Translations under genes and position numbers: made by a program
Notes under the pieces: model-generated
What the model was told of the DNA's origin: nothing
Seen by the model: the letters and a program-made list of their open reading frames with translations, nothing else
The model's database searches: none
Shown here: piece after piece, positions 52,354 through 64,000 of the stretch
How the letters are laid out: each line of letters begins with the position of its first letter
How positions within the stretch are numbered: the stretch's first letter is position 1
Assembly (NCBI GenBank): GCA_038087875.1
Contig: CM075996.1
Location: forward strand, 8,186,001-8,250,000
DNA length: 64,000 bases
Source: Malacoraja senta
Taxonomy: Eukaryota
Reading direction: 5' to 3'

Positions 52354-52732
52354 CAGGTCCACCACCGATTTTCCGGCACCCTTGGCTCCAGAGCTTTGCC
52401 GGATGATCCGTTTTGCCGGACCAACAGAGGTCACGCCCTCTGAGAGGAGCCCAACGGCACCGGACCGTTCAGCCTTGGCAGCCCAGGGGCCGAGACAAAG
52501 TCGCCGGCGGAAGCCGGTTATGGGGACGGATCTGCCGGCTCCGGCCGGGCCAGAGTTCCAGAGCCCCGGCCGCAGGGGGGGCAGATTCCACCCGCCGATC
52601 GGCCGTGGAAGTCCCAATGAGGTCGAGATCAAGTACATTCCCATGGCACCACATTCCCAACGGGACTTGAGAGGCGGGTTTTGTCTGTATTCAAGGGGGG
52701 CTGGAAAATCAGTGGTGGAAATAAGCAACTGT
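52354..52732. mobile_element. MITE with Tc1/mariner (Tigger)-like TIRs
   Basis: TIRs tccaccaccgattttccggcacccttg / caagggggctggaaaatcagtggtgga; related sequence at ~10560-10721 and ~62277-62550. Confidence 0.6.
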
Positions 52733-54209
52733 AGTTGCTGGTTAATACACAAAAGGACATAAAGTGCTGGAGTAACTCAGCGGCTCAGGCAGCATATTCA
52801 TTTAGTTTAGTTTCCAGATGGAAACAGGCCCTTCGGCCCACCGATTCCATGCCGACCAGCGATCCCTGCATACTTACACTATCCCACACACTAGGGATAA
52901 TTTACATTTACCAAGCCAATTAACCTACAAACTTGCACATCTTTGGAGTGTGGGAGGAAACCGAAGATTTCAGAGAAAACCCACGCACGTCACGGGGAGA
53001 AGGTACAAACTCCGTACAGACAGCACCCGTGGTCAGGATTGAACCCGGGTCTCTGGCGCTGCGAGGCAGCAACTCTACCGCTGCGCCACGGAGGGTATGG
53101 TGTGGTGAGGAATGGGCTGCAGGAACGGTTGAAGCCCGCCAGAAACATCACCCGCCCATGTCCTCCAGAGATGCTGCCTGACCCGCTGAGTTACTCCAAC
53201 ACTTTGTGTTTTGTGATGGACATTCAAAGGTTGACAGACTCTCCATCAATGTCCCGTAGAAAACCCACGCAGGTCACGGAGAGAACGTACAAGCTCCGTA
53301 CAGACAGCACCTGCAGTCATTGTTATCGGTCGAAACCCTTCTTCAAACGAAACGTCGCCTATTCCTCCTCTCCAGAGATGCTGTCTGACCGACCCACTGT
53401 TACTCCAGCATTTTGTGTCTATCTTCGGTTTAAACCAGCATCTGCAGTTCCTTCTTACATATTTGGTTTTGCACTATTATGGTTACGTAGTATTGCTATT
53501 ATTAACTTATTGTACATTAGATTTTTATATATTTAAAGTCATAAGGTCATAAGTGATAGGAGTAGAATTACGCCATTCGTCCCATCAAGTCTACTCAGCC
53601 ATTCAATCATAGAAACATAGAAAATAGGTGCAGGAGGAGGCCATTCTGATCGTCCCCAATCAATAACCCGTGCCTGCCTTCTCCCCATATCCCTTGATTC
53701 CACTGGCCCCTAGAGCTCTATCTAACTCTCTCTTAAATCCATCCAGTGATTTGGCCTCCACTGTCCTCTGTGGCAGGGAATTCCACAAATTCACAACTCT
53801 CTGGGTGAAAAGGTTTTTTCTCACCTCAGTCTTAAATGACCTCCCCTTTATTCTAAGACTGTGGCCCCTGGTTCTGGACTCGCCCAACATTGGGAACATT
53901 TTTCCTGCATCTAGCTTGTCCAGTCCTTTTATAATTGTATATGTTTCTATAAGAAACCCCCTCATCCTTCTAAACTCCAGTGAATACATGGCTGATCTAT
54001 CTCTCTCTCTCTCTCTCTCCTAACCCCATTCTCCTGCCTTCTCCACATAACCTCTGACACCCGTACTGATCAAGAATCTATCTATCTCTGCCTTAAATAT
54101 ATCCATTGATTTATTTGTGTTATTGCATTAATGAGGCTGTCGCATATAAGAATTTCATTGTTCCATTGAGGGTAAATATAACAATTATATACTCTTGACT
54201 CACCTGCAC

Positions 54210-54612
54210 ACTCATCATCGGCGGTCACTCGAAACGAGTATGACTGTCCTCTCATGGAGGACGCCTGTGCGTGACTTTGTTTAACGTGGGGAGACTGGTG
54301 CACAGACGGCCACCCCACGGTCCTTGACATATCTGGGTCAGGATCCAGTGGCTTGGAGTCCAAGACGACCGGAGACCCTTTTCTGCTGCAGCCTTCATCC
54401 GCCTTCACAGCCGTTGTGACGCTCCACTAAGGTCAGCCATCGTCCTCCGCCTGTTCCACCGTTGAGGTCTTGGTTGGATTGCTCTTTGTCAGAGACCTCC
54501 CCCTCGACCTTACCGCCATGGGTGGCCCTACCAGGAGCATAGCTCCAGACGGCATCGCTCTCAGGATCTCAGGTCCACACAAGCTTCTCCACCACGACAA
54601 GGTGACAATCCG
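54210..54612 (-). mobile_element. Short internally deleted RTE-type retroelement
   Basis: 5' end CACCTTGTCGTGGTGGAG...AGGGCCACCCA resembles RTE 5'UTRs; GATGATGA tail. Confidence 0.55.
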
Positions 54613-55420
54613 ACAATCCACGGAGAAGACCTGCACACTGGGCCCCTCGAGTCCACGGCGACCATCAATCCCCTGTTTACACCAGTTCTCTGTTATCCCA
54701 CCTTCGCATCCACTCCCTACAGACTAGGGGGAACTTACAGAGGGCCAGCTAACCTACAAACCTGCATGTCTTTGGGATGCAGGAGGAAACCGGAGCACCC
54801 GGAGCAAACCCACACGGTCACAGGGAGAAGGTGCGAACTCCATACAGACAGCGCCGGAGGTCGGGATTGAACCTGCGTCGCTGGTGCTGTAAGGTAGCCA
54901 CTCTGCCAGCTGTGCAGCTTGACACTGCAGTTGGCGTTGCATTGGCGTGCATTCCTGGGAACGCAGGGTGAAGCTCAACAGAGGACACGCCAACTATTGA
55001 GTCTGTGTTTACAAACCTGCTGTGCTGCTGCTGCTAGTAAGAATTTTATTGTCCCGTCTAAGGACAGATGTAACCCTCTCAGTCTGTCCAACACTCTAGT
55101 CCTCGCACTAGTTTAGTTTAGTTTAGAGCTACAGCGTGGAAACAGGCCCTTCGGCCCACCTAGTCCGTGCCGACCAGCGATCCCCACACATTAACACTAT
55201 CCTGCACACACTAGGGACAATTTACATTTATCTTAAGCCGATTAACCTACAACCCTGTACGTCTATGGAATGTGGGAGGAAACCTGAAAATATCTGAGAA
55301 AATCCACGCAGGTCACGGGAAGAATGTACAAACTCCGTACAGAGAGCAACCGTAGTCAGGATCGAACCCGGGTCTCTGGCGCCCGAAGGCAGCAGCTCTA
55401 CCGCTGCGCCACCATGCCGC

Positions 55421-55893
55421 CCCAACCAAGCTGTCGTGGGAATATAAAAGTGCTGTGGGTGCTGCGAAATCTTTGATACACTTTGGGTTCTCTCAGAGTG
55501 TTTCCCAGTGCGAACGTTAAGTCCGTCGGGGAATGTTGCCGACTGGCCCGCTGCAGACTGCAGGAGTACGTGCTGAGGGGCGCACTGAAGCTCGGTGCAG
55601 CCAACGCCAAGGCTCGGTGGGGGAGGACCACAGTCTAGGGTCCTTCCGCTGATGCACATTGGGGGGCAGGGTGTGGTGGAGACGCCCCTCTAAATAAGGG
55701 AAAGGATAGCAAGCCGGGGGGGCCACATGAGTGATAAGGGATCCAGGTATAATTATGTTCTTTTTTTTGCAACACTACCAAATTTAACGCTAACGAATGG
55801 ATGTATTGCCACGGAGAAGGTCTGAAGAATTTTGTAGTTCTTATTTTGTACATATTTTTTAATCCTGAATAGTTTATTTTGCTTTAAAAAAAA
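55421..55893 (+). mobile_element. Tx1-like LINE 3' end (partial second copy 56781-56958; older remnants ~44490-44665 and ~45065-45280)
   Basis: ECCRLARCRLQEYVLRGALKLGAANAKARWGRTTV* followed by 3'UTR and A-rich tail; family assigned from recalled similarity. Confidence 0.6.
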
Positions 55894-57591
55894 AGTTTTG
55901 TAATTGCCTTGAATAAAGCGACTTGCTTGAGAAACTCACTCCTGCTCCACGGGCTGTTCACATTAAATGAAGTTCATTGAAATTGTTCATAATTGACTTA
56001 CAGAAAAATCATTTTACAGTGTTCAGGAAAAGTGCAGTTTTGTTCATATATGTGACAGGTATGTACGTGTGTGTGCGCGCATATGTGTGCATGTGTGTGT
56101 ACTTTTATACATTTCCAGGTGCTTAGTTTCATTTAGCTCAGAGATACAGTGTGGAAACAGGCCCTTCAGCCCACCGAGTCGACCCTGACCTGTTGACACT
56201 AGTTCTATGTTATCCCACTTACTCATCCACTTTACACATGGGACAATTTACAGAGGCCAATTAACCTACAAACCTGAACGTGTTTGGGACATGGGAGAAA
56301 ACTGGAGCACCTGGAGAAAACCCACGTGGTCACGGGGAGAACGTGCAAACTCCACACACACGGCACCCGAGGTCAGGATGGAACCCTGGTCTCTGGAGGC
56401 TGTGAGTCAGTGGCTCTACCCGTGGCAGCGCCCCACTGTGGCCACCGTTTGCGGGTCACCCTTTTGAGTGGTGGTGAGTTGTCCTATTTAAATACAGCGC
56501 AGAAACAGGCCCTTTGGCCCACCGAGTCCGTGCCAACCAGCGATCCACACACATTAACATTACCCTACACACACTGAGGACAATTTACACTTATACCGAG
56601 CCAATTAACCTACGTAACTGTACCTCTGGAGTGAGGGAGGAAAGCGAAGATCTCGGAGAAAACCCATGCAGGTCACGGGGAGAACGTACAAACTCCGTAC
56701 AGACAGCATCCGTAGTCAGGATCGAACCCGGGTCTCTGGCGCTGTGAGGCAGTAGATCTAGCACTATGCCACCGCGCTGCCACAACCAAGCTGTCGTGGG
56801 AATATAAAAGTGCTGCAAGTGCTGCGAATCTTTGAAACACTTTGGGTTCGCTCAGAGTGTTTCCCAGTGCGTTTGTTAAGTCCGTCGGGGAATGTTGCCG
56901 ACTGAAGCACTCCAGACTCCAGGAGTACGTGCTCAGGGACGCACTGAAGCTCGGTGCCGGTATCCCGGGACTCTGGTCTGTTTGTGGATGGCACAGATGG
57001 GCAACTGGGAGCTCCGGGTCACGGTGCCTCCGCAGGTGAATCAGTCGGCAAAGTGGAGCCGGTGAGAAGAAGAGTGACCGTCTCACTCCGAGAGGGGGAA
57101 TGAATCCCACCTACCTCTGGCTGGGGGTGGGGGGGTCTGTAGTTGGAGGAGAGTGTTTGGGGACAGGGATAAGGGGAGGGTCTCTGCAACAACCAGGCGA
57201 CCCTGAAAACAGCAGGACAGACAGAACCCACTGGGTGACGTAGACACGAGGAACTGCAGATGCCGAATCCTTGAGTGAAACATAACATGCTGGAGTAACT
57301 GTGCAGGAAGGAACTGCAAATGCTGGTTTACACCGAAGATAGACACAAAAACCTGGAGTAACTCAGCGGGACAGGCAGCATCTCTGGAGAGAAGGAATGG
57401 GCGACGTTTCTGGTCGGAGCCCTTGGTCTGAAGCCTGATGTCCCACAGCACAAACCTCAGGGACAGTTACTTTCTTGGGCGTAGACCTGATACGTCACGT
57501 CCACAGATGCTGCCCGACCCGCCGAGTTCCTCCAGCGCTTTGTGTTTTGTTCAGACTGCGGCGATGCTTTGCTTCACTCCGGGACTCGGAC

Positions 57592-57657
57592 TCAGAAAGT
57601 CTCGTAGACGCACTCAGGGGCCGCATCTTCTACCTCCGTCTGCTCCACTTTCTTCCT
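57592..57657 (-). CDS. Terminal coding exon of an ITAM-bearing receptor/adaptor
   Basis: Pyrimidine tract then ttgcag|AGG; RKKVEQTEVEDAAPECVYETF*; phase 0. Confidence 0.6.
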   Translation of the reverse strand, partial: RKKVEQTEVEDAAPECVYETF

Positions 57658-58799
57658 CTGCAATGGGAGAGGGGAGAATATCGTCAGAGTTACACAGACT
57701 GAAACATAGAAAATAGGTGCAGGAGTAGGCTATTCGGCCCTTCGAACCAGCACCACCATTCAATATGATCATGGCTGATCATCCAAAATCAGTACCCCAT
57801 TCTGGCTTTTTCCCCATATCCCTTGATTCCGTTAGCCCTAAGCGCTCAATCTAACTCTCTCTTGAATACATGCAGTGAATTGGCCTCCACTGCCTTCTGT
57901 GGCAGAGAATCCCACAGATTCTCAATTCTCTGGGTGAAAAAGTTTCTCCTCATCTCAATCCTAAATGGCCTACCCCTTATTCTTAAACTGTGACCCCTGG
58001 TTCTGGACTCCCCCAACATGGGAAACATTTTTTCCTGCACTGAGGACCAAGAGCTGACCAGGGTGAGGGACGCCTGCTCAACATGACCTGCATTCAATTC
58101 CCAAACCCAATGAATGTCTCTTGGGTTTCGAGAGCAGACCTCGCATACTTTAGTTTCGAGATACTGAGCGGAAACAGGCCCTTCGGCCCACCGAGTCCGC
58201 ACTGAACAGCGATCACCCTACACACCAGGGACAATTTACAGAAGCCAATCCGCCTACAAACCTGCACGTCTTTGGTGTGTGGGAGGAAACAAGAGCACTC
58301 TCAGGCAATTCACAGGGAGAAGGTGCAAACTCCGGAAAAGAGACAGCACCGGTAGTCAGGATCGAACCTGGGTCTCTGGCGCTTTTAGACAGCAAATGTA
58401 CCGCTACGCCACCATGCTGCGCCACCATGCTGCCCTAAGCTCCGCGCTCCCTGAGTATTATACCCCTGACAACACCTGTGAGACATTGTCCTTGTAGGCT
58501 CCACACTGAACAAGGGTCTCGACCCGAAACGTCACCTATTCCTTCTCTCCAGAGACGCTGCCTGTCCCGTTGTGTTACTCCAGCATTTTGTGCCTATCTC
58601 CACACCGTATACCCGGTATATTGCGACCATCCAATGGACTCTGATAATGAATGAGACCACCCAGCAGGTACCAATGACCAGGGAGATCCCACCAACTGAG
58701 GTGGCCCTGAGCTATAGTGACCGAGAGATCGGTCCGGCAGATAATGTCTGGGAAGACCAAGGGCCAAACGTAGGCGGATGGGACCTCCAACTGACAACA

Positions 58800-59030
58800 A
58801 GTGGTCAGTGAGATCACCAATGGTCACCAACTAGTCAATGGGATCACTGATGGTCACCAACTAGTCAATGGGATCATCAATAGTCACCAACCAGTGAATG
58901 GGATCACCATTGGTCACCAACTAGTCAATGAGATTACTAATGGTCATCGAGATCATCAGCGGTTACCAACTGGTCACTGAGATCACCAATCGTCGCTGAG
59001 TGGTCAGTGAGATGACTAATGGTCACCAAC
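58800..59030. repeat. ~30-bp tandem repeat (TGGTCACCAACTAGTCAATGGGATCACCAA)
   Basis: Visible and decaying outward; last intron of the ITAM gene. Confidence 0.85.
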
Positions 59031-59521
59031 CCCCCAATGTATTGACCGGTCAGTGATCCCACCAGCAACACTGACCAGTCAATGAGGCCGTCCATCACAA
59101 TCTGCTGGTCACGAAGCCCACCCAATGACTAGTCAAGGGTCACTCAGCAAGACTGTCTGACCAACACTGACAACCCACCACTCCCGTGCGAGACCATCCA
59201 CCAGACACTGGCCATGGGACCACCCCATGGTAGGAGATAGACACAAAATGTCGGAGTAACTCAACGGGACAGGCAGCATCTCTGGAGAGAAGGAATGGGT
59301 GACGTTTTGGGTCGAGGCCCTTCTTCCTTCCTGCGCACCCCATGGTAGCAGAGTGGCGATGAGCCTGCCCACCCACCCTCCATGCACAGGGCTCTGCGGG
59401 ACCACCCAACAGACCCCGCCCCACCCCGTGACCCCTTCCCCCTCCCCCCGCCACCGTTAGAGGCAGGGGGGTCGCAAAAGGGGCGAGGTTGAGAGGGCAA
59501 GGTTGAAAGGTCAGTGCTCAC

Positions 59522-59593
59522 CTTGCCCGCGGCCGCCGGCCTCTCCTTGTCGTGCAGAGTATGGTAGACCGATTCCTGGGGCCCTTGCAGAGC
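59522..59593 (-). CDS. ITAM gene exon (second half of ITAM)
   Basis: 72 bp, ctctgcag|...|gtgagc; ALQGPQESVYHTLHDKERPAAAGK. Confidence 0.75.
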
Positions 59594-60588
59594 CTGCAGA
59601 GATATAACCGGGGCAGGGTAGGGGGACGGGGCGGGGAGGGAGGTGGGGCGGAAGGAGGGGAGAGGGGGGAGGGGTGAGAGTAGGGGGACGGTGGCGGGGA
59701 GGGTGGGAAGAGGGGGAGGGACGGGCAGGTGGTGGAGAGGGGGGGAGGGGGGGAGAGTAGGGGGACGGGGAGGGGGGGAGAGTGGGGGACGGGGGCGGGG
59801 GGGAGGGGGTTGGAGAGTGGGGGGACGGGTCAAGGCCGGGGGGGGGAAGAGGGAACGGTGACTAACAGATCTCGATCCACCTCCCTGAAGAGAGAGTAAC
59901 TACCCACCCACACGCACCCCAGTCCCCGTCACCCCCGTATATACTGACACACACTCTCCGGGACCCCCTGTAATGTTTAGAAGTTCACACGTTCATAAGT
60001 GATAGGAGCGGAATTAGGCCATTCGGCCCATCAAGTCTACTGCACCATTCAATCATGGCTGATCTATCTCTCCCTCCTAACCCCATTCCCCTGACCTCCC
60101 CATAACCCATCACACAGGAACTAATCAAGAATCTGTCGATCTCGGCCTTAAAAATATCCACTGCCTTGGCCTCCGCAGCCTTCCACGGCAATGAATTCCA
60201 CTGATTCACCACCCTCTGACTAAAGAGATTCCTCCTCATCTCCTTCCTAAAAGAACGTCCTTTAATTCTGAGGCTGTCCGAGACTCCCCCACTGGTGGAA
60301 ACATCCTCTCCACATCCACTCTATCCAAGCCGAACACACACCCCGGGACCCCCTGTAAATACTGACACATTTCCCGGGTGAATGAATGAACACAGATTCA
60401 TCACCCTCTGACTAAAGAAATTCCTCCTCATCTCCTTTATAAAGGTACGTTCTATAATATTGAGGCTATGACCTGATGGTCCTAGTGTCTCCCACTAGTG
60501 GAAACAACACGCACACGCACATAAACACACACGCGTGTGTCAGAGACTAGACGTGACGTACTGTGTACTCGTTGTATGTTGTACTCAC

Positions 60589-60657
60589 CATGTACGCATT
60601 CTCACTCCCGGGCGCTGCCGCCGCCGGCTCTCCCGGCCTCTCGGTGCCCGATTGTGC
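60589..60657 (-). CDS. ITAM gene exon (first half of ITAM)
   Basis: 69 bp, ctcttgttccccag|...ATG|gtgagt; AQSGTERPGEPAAAAPGSENAYM. Confidence 0.75.
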
Positions 60658-60916
60658 CTGGGGAACAAGAGAGGTGTGGGGTGAGTCACCCGACAGACAC
60701 GGGCACGGGTCTGCCCGTTACCCCCTGGCACAGCGGTGAATCAACGGGAGCGACAATAGACCACCTTGACATCAGATGTTGCAATTTCTTGCGGCCTTGG
60801 ATGGAGCTGTTCCGAAACGGAGCTGTGATCCATCCCGATAAAATGCTTTCTCCGGCGCATCTGTAGAGGTTGGTGGGAGCTGTTGGGGACATGCTGAACT
60901 TCTGAAGCCTTCTAAG

Positions 60917-61953
60917 TAGGTATGTTACAAAACTTACCTTCAGCGGCGCTGCAATTCTGTCACTGGCCATGTGCGCGACTTTCACGCCTTTGAGAGGGGG
61001 CGGGGTTTAAAATGCCGTTTTTCTCCAGCCTGTTCAACTCGATTTTTGTCAGGCTGTTTAGTTGCTGAAGAACAATCGCTCCGACTGCCGTTATATCAAG
61101 TTTATTAAAATTAACGCTGGATAATTTAATAGCAGGAGTAAAATTAAAAGCGTCTTCTAAAGCCGTGAACGCCGACAACGGGACGGATCTCACGTACGGG
61201 ACAGGTAAAGGAAAGCCGTTATTTTTACATATAAACGTGCTTCTTAGGATGCCTTTAATCAAAATTTCACGTTGCGAAAATGTGATTATGTAAATATACG
61301 AACCGGCAGTGTTTTTCCTGACGATATGGGGTTTAAATTCACCGCAAACCGCAACGTTCCAAACGATCGCGTTCCACAAAATCCCACTCGCAACATGATT
61401 TAAATGGCCAGTAATTTACGGGAATTAAACACTAAATTCCTTCCATTTGCCCTTTAAATTCATGACAATGAGATTTAAAAATCATGTTATATTGTGAATT
61501 CTTGTGTGAATGTTATTTGGACACAGGCTATTTAAAAATGTTAACCTTTTCTTAAGAAATGGATAGATGTTTAAATCTAGTAATTGAATTTTGTAATTAG
61601 CTATAATTAGGTAACTAACTAATTATATGCTTTAATTTCAGGTTATCCAAGTAAGATTGTTTCATATTTGTTTCAGAATGCTTCAATTTATAATAACTGA
61701 AAATTTCTTTCAGTTCTCTTAAGTTTTAAGAAAGTTATGGGCTTTTGACTGTCCTCGATCACAGCTTTTGAGTTAAGTCAATGGAAAAGCAATAGGGAAC
61801 AAGATGTTAATTTCCGAGTATGAAAATGGCCATAACTTTTTTAATACTGAAGATATGAAAGTGAATTAGGTGTCAAATTAAACTTTATGCTTTATCTGAT
61901 GGGATAATTTGCAGACTTGATTTTTTAAATCTCAAAATTGTGTAACATTGCTA
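60917..61953. mobile_element. Non-autonomous DNA transposon, ~1.04 kb
   Basis: Imperfect TIRs TAGGTATGTTACA / TGTAACATTGCTA; TSD TTCTAAG at 60910-60916 and 61954-61960; splits a Rex1 fragment. Confidence 0.8.
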
Positions 61954-63007
61954 TTCTAAGGAAGTCGAGGCGTTGGTGTGCTTTACATGAGAGCTTTACA
62001 TAAAATCCCCCCCCTCTGGAAGTCCTCCCGAAAATGTCGCACCTAGGCCGGGTGAGGCAGCCGATCTCGACCTCATTGGGACTTTCGCGGCCGATCGGCG
62101 GGTTTAGTTTCCCCCATGCAGCCGGGGTTCTGGAACTCCGAGCAGCCACACAGAGGAGCCGGTGAGAGTGACCGGACACTCTGTACAGAGGGGGTCAAAT
62201 CCCTCAGCTACAATATGTAACACCAGCCACTTGGGGGGATAGACTACACTGGTCAGCACCCTCAGGGATGTTAACACAGGTGTCCACCACCGATTTTCCG
62301 GCACCCTTAGTTGCACCGAGAGGAATCCAATGGTACCGGAACGGTCGGCTTAGGCCGCGATACCGGCCCGCAAAGTCGGCCTCGGAAGTCGGCTACGGGA
62401 ACGGATCTGCCGGGCCGGAGTTCCAGAGCCCCGGCTGCAGGGGGCAAATTAAACCTGCCGATCGGCTGCGGAAGTCCCAATGAGGTTGAGATCGGCCGCC
62501 TCACCCGGTCTAGGTGCTACATTTTCGGGGAGACTTCCGGGGGTGGGGGGGAGATTTTATATGCACTCTCATGTAAAGCACACCAACGCCTCTACTTCCA
62601 TAGAAGGCTTAAGAAGTTCAGCATGTCCCCAACAGCTCTCACCAACCTCCACAGATGCGTCGGAGAGAGCATTTTATCGGGATGCATCCCAGCTCGGTTT
62701 GGGAACAGCTCCATCCAAGGCCGCAGGAAATTGCAGAGAATTGTGGACGCAGCCCAGACCATCACACAAACCAACCTCCCTTCCATTGACTCCCATTTAT
62801 ACCTCCCGCTGCCTTGGCAAGGCCAGCAGCGTGAATACGCACATCCCCAGATTCAGGGACAGCAACTGAACCATCCGAACACCAACCAGAGAGCAGTCCT
62901 GAGCTACTATCTACATTATTGGTGACCCTCGGACTATCTTTGATCAGACTTTACTGGCTTTATCTTGCACTAAACGTTATTCATGTTATTCCCTTTATCG
63001 TGTATCT

Positions 63008-63164
63008 TCTTCTCCACTTCTCTTCTTCTTCTTCTTGCGTATGGCGTGCACAGCCGAAAGTTGTAGGACAACTTGTTCTATTTGATCTTATTTGATTGTG
63101 CACGCCAGGTTGATTGCATTCGTCGAAACAGGGCGGACCACATGAAGGTTGCAATCTCCCACCA
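63008..63164 (-). mobile_element. ~157-bp short retroposon with (AAG)n tail
   Basis: TSD TGTATCT at 63001-63007 and 63165-63171; 3' end CCATACGCAAGAAGAAG (Vingi-like). Confidence 0.65.
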
Positions 63165-64000
63165 TGTATCTGTACACTGTGGAGGGCTTGATTGTAATCA
63201 TGTATTGTCTTTCCGCTGACTGGTTAGCACGCTGCAAAAGCCTTTCACTGTACCTCGGTACACGTGACAATGAACTAAACTCAAACTCGATGTTGTATGG
63301 TATTGGTCACATGTACAGTGAAAGCAGGTGCCAGACCACCAGTTGCTGCAAGATCAGTGGTGGACCAGTACAAACTTACAATGTAAATGCACCACTTGTG
63401 GGCACTTTGAGCACAAACTCTACACCTCCAACGAGGATTCATGTTAAAGTCTAACATGACCTGTTGGGTTTTCCCCTTAGGAATATATTAATTACGAACC
63501 ACAACAGCCTTAGATACAACAATTATAACCTGTATCTCTGACCTCAGGTAAACCGTTGAGGGTTTAGAAGCTGGAGGAACTCAACGGGTCAGGCTGCATC
63601 TCTGAGAGATCTTCTACAGAAGAAAGGTCTCGACCCGAAACGTCACCTGTTACTTCTCTCCAGAGATGCTGCCTGTCCCACAGAGTTACTCCAGCATTTT
63701 ATGTCTATCTTCGGTGCAAACCAGCATCTGCAGTTCCTTCCTACACATCTCCCCTGGAGTATATCGATGACAGACTGTTGCAGCGGCACCTAGTGGCTGG
63801 GCCACTCTTGCTATGCGATCCCTCGGCAGCCGGGGGTCGGGTCATGTGACTGGGCCATCGCGGGCAGGAGTCACGGGTTATAGGGGTGTGCCCTAGTATA
63901 TAAGAACCGAAAATAGACAATAGGTGCAGGAGTAGGCCATTCGACCCTTCAAGCCAGCACCGCCATTCAATGTGATCATGGCTGATCATCCCCAATCAGT

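Noticed and set aside
60610..60686. Plus-strand first exon ending in gtgagt
   Set aside because: The minus-strand reading has both splice sites and completes an ITAM; no plus-strand partner exons were found.
63779..63798. CTCF-like motif (GCCACTAGGTGCCGCTGCA on the minus strand)
   Set aside because: A single imperfect match cannot be supported from sequence alone.

Overview
Eukaryotic, repeat-dense vertebrate DNA. The repeat complement (HE1-type V-SINEs, CR1/HER1, Penelope) points to a cartilaginous fish, probably a skate or ray; this is inferred. Three minus-strand genes can be reconstructed exon by exon. (1) The last five coding exons of DDX59 (1930-16262), with a DEVD motif II and a GC-AG intron. 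(2) An 11-exon F8A/HAP40 gene (16503-42454) whose last exon runs into a 200-N gap; that gap also stands in place of the 5' half of DDX59. (3) The last three coding exons of an unidentified ITAM-bearing immune receptor or adaptor (57592-60657). HAP40 intron 4 holds an antisense, TE-shattered C2H2 zinc-finger pseudogene. The rest is mostly mobile DNA: two young L1 copies with TSDs, a 5'-inverted Rex1-type LINE, a decayed short-LTR Gypsy element, and many CR1, L2, Tx1, Penelope, SINE and MITE copies. A very abundant short Penelope-derived family carries a minimal hammerhead-ribozyme core, often as head-to-head palindromes. All family and gene assignments come from motif recognition; no database search was run.
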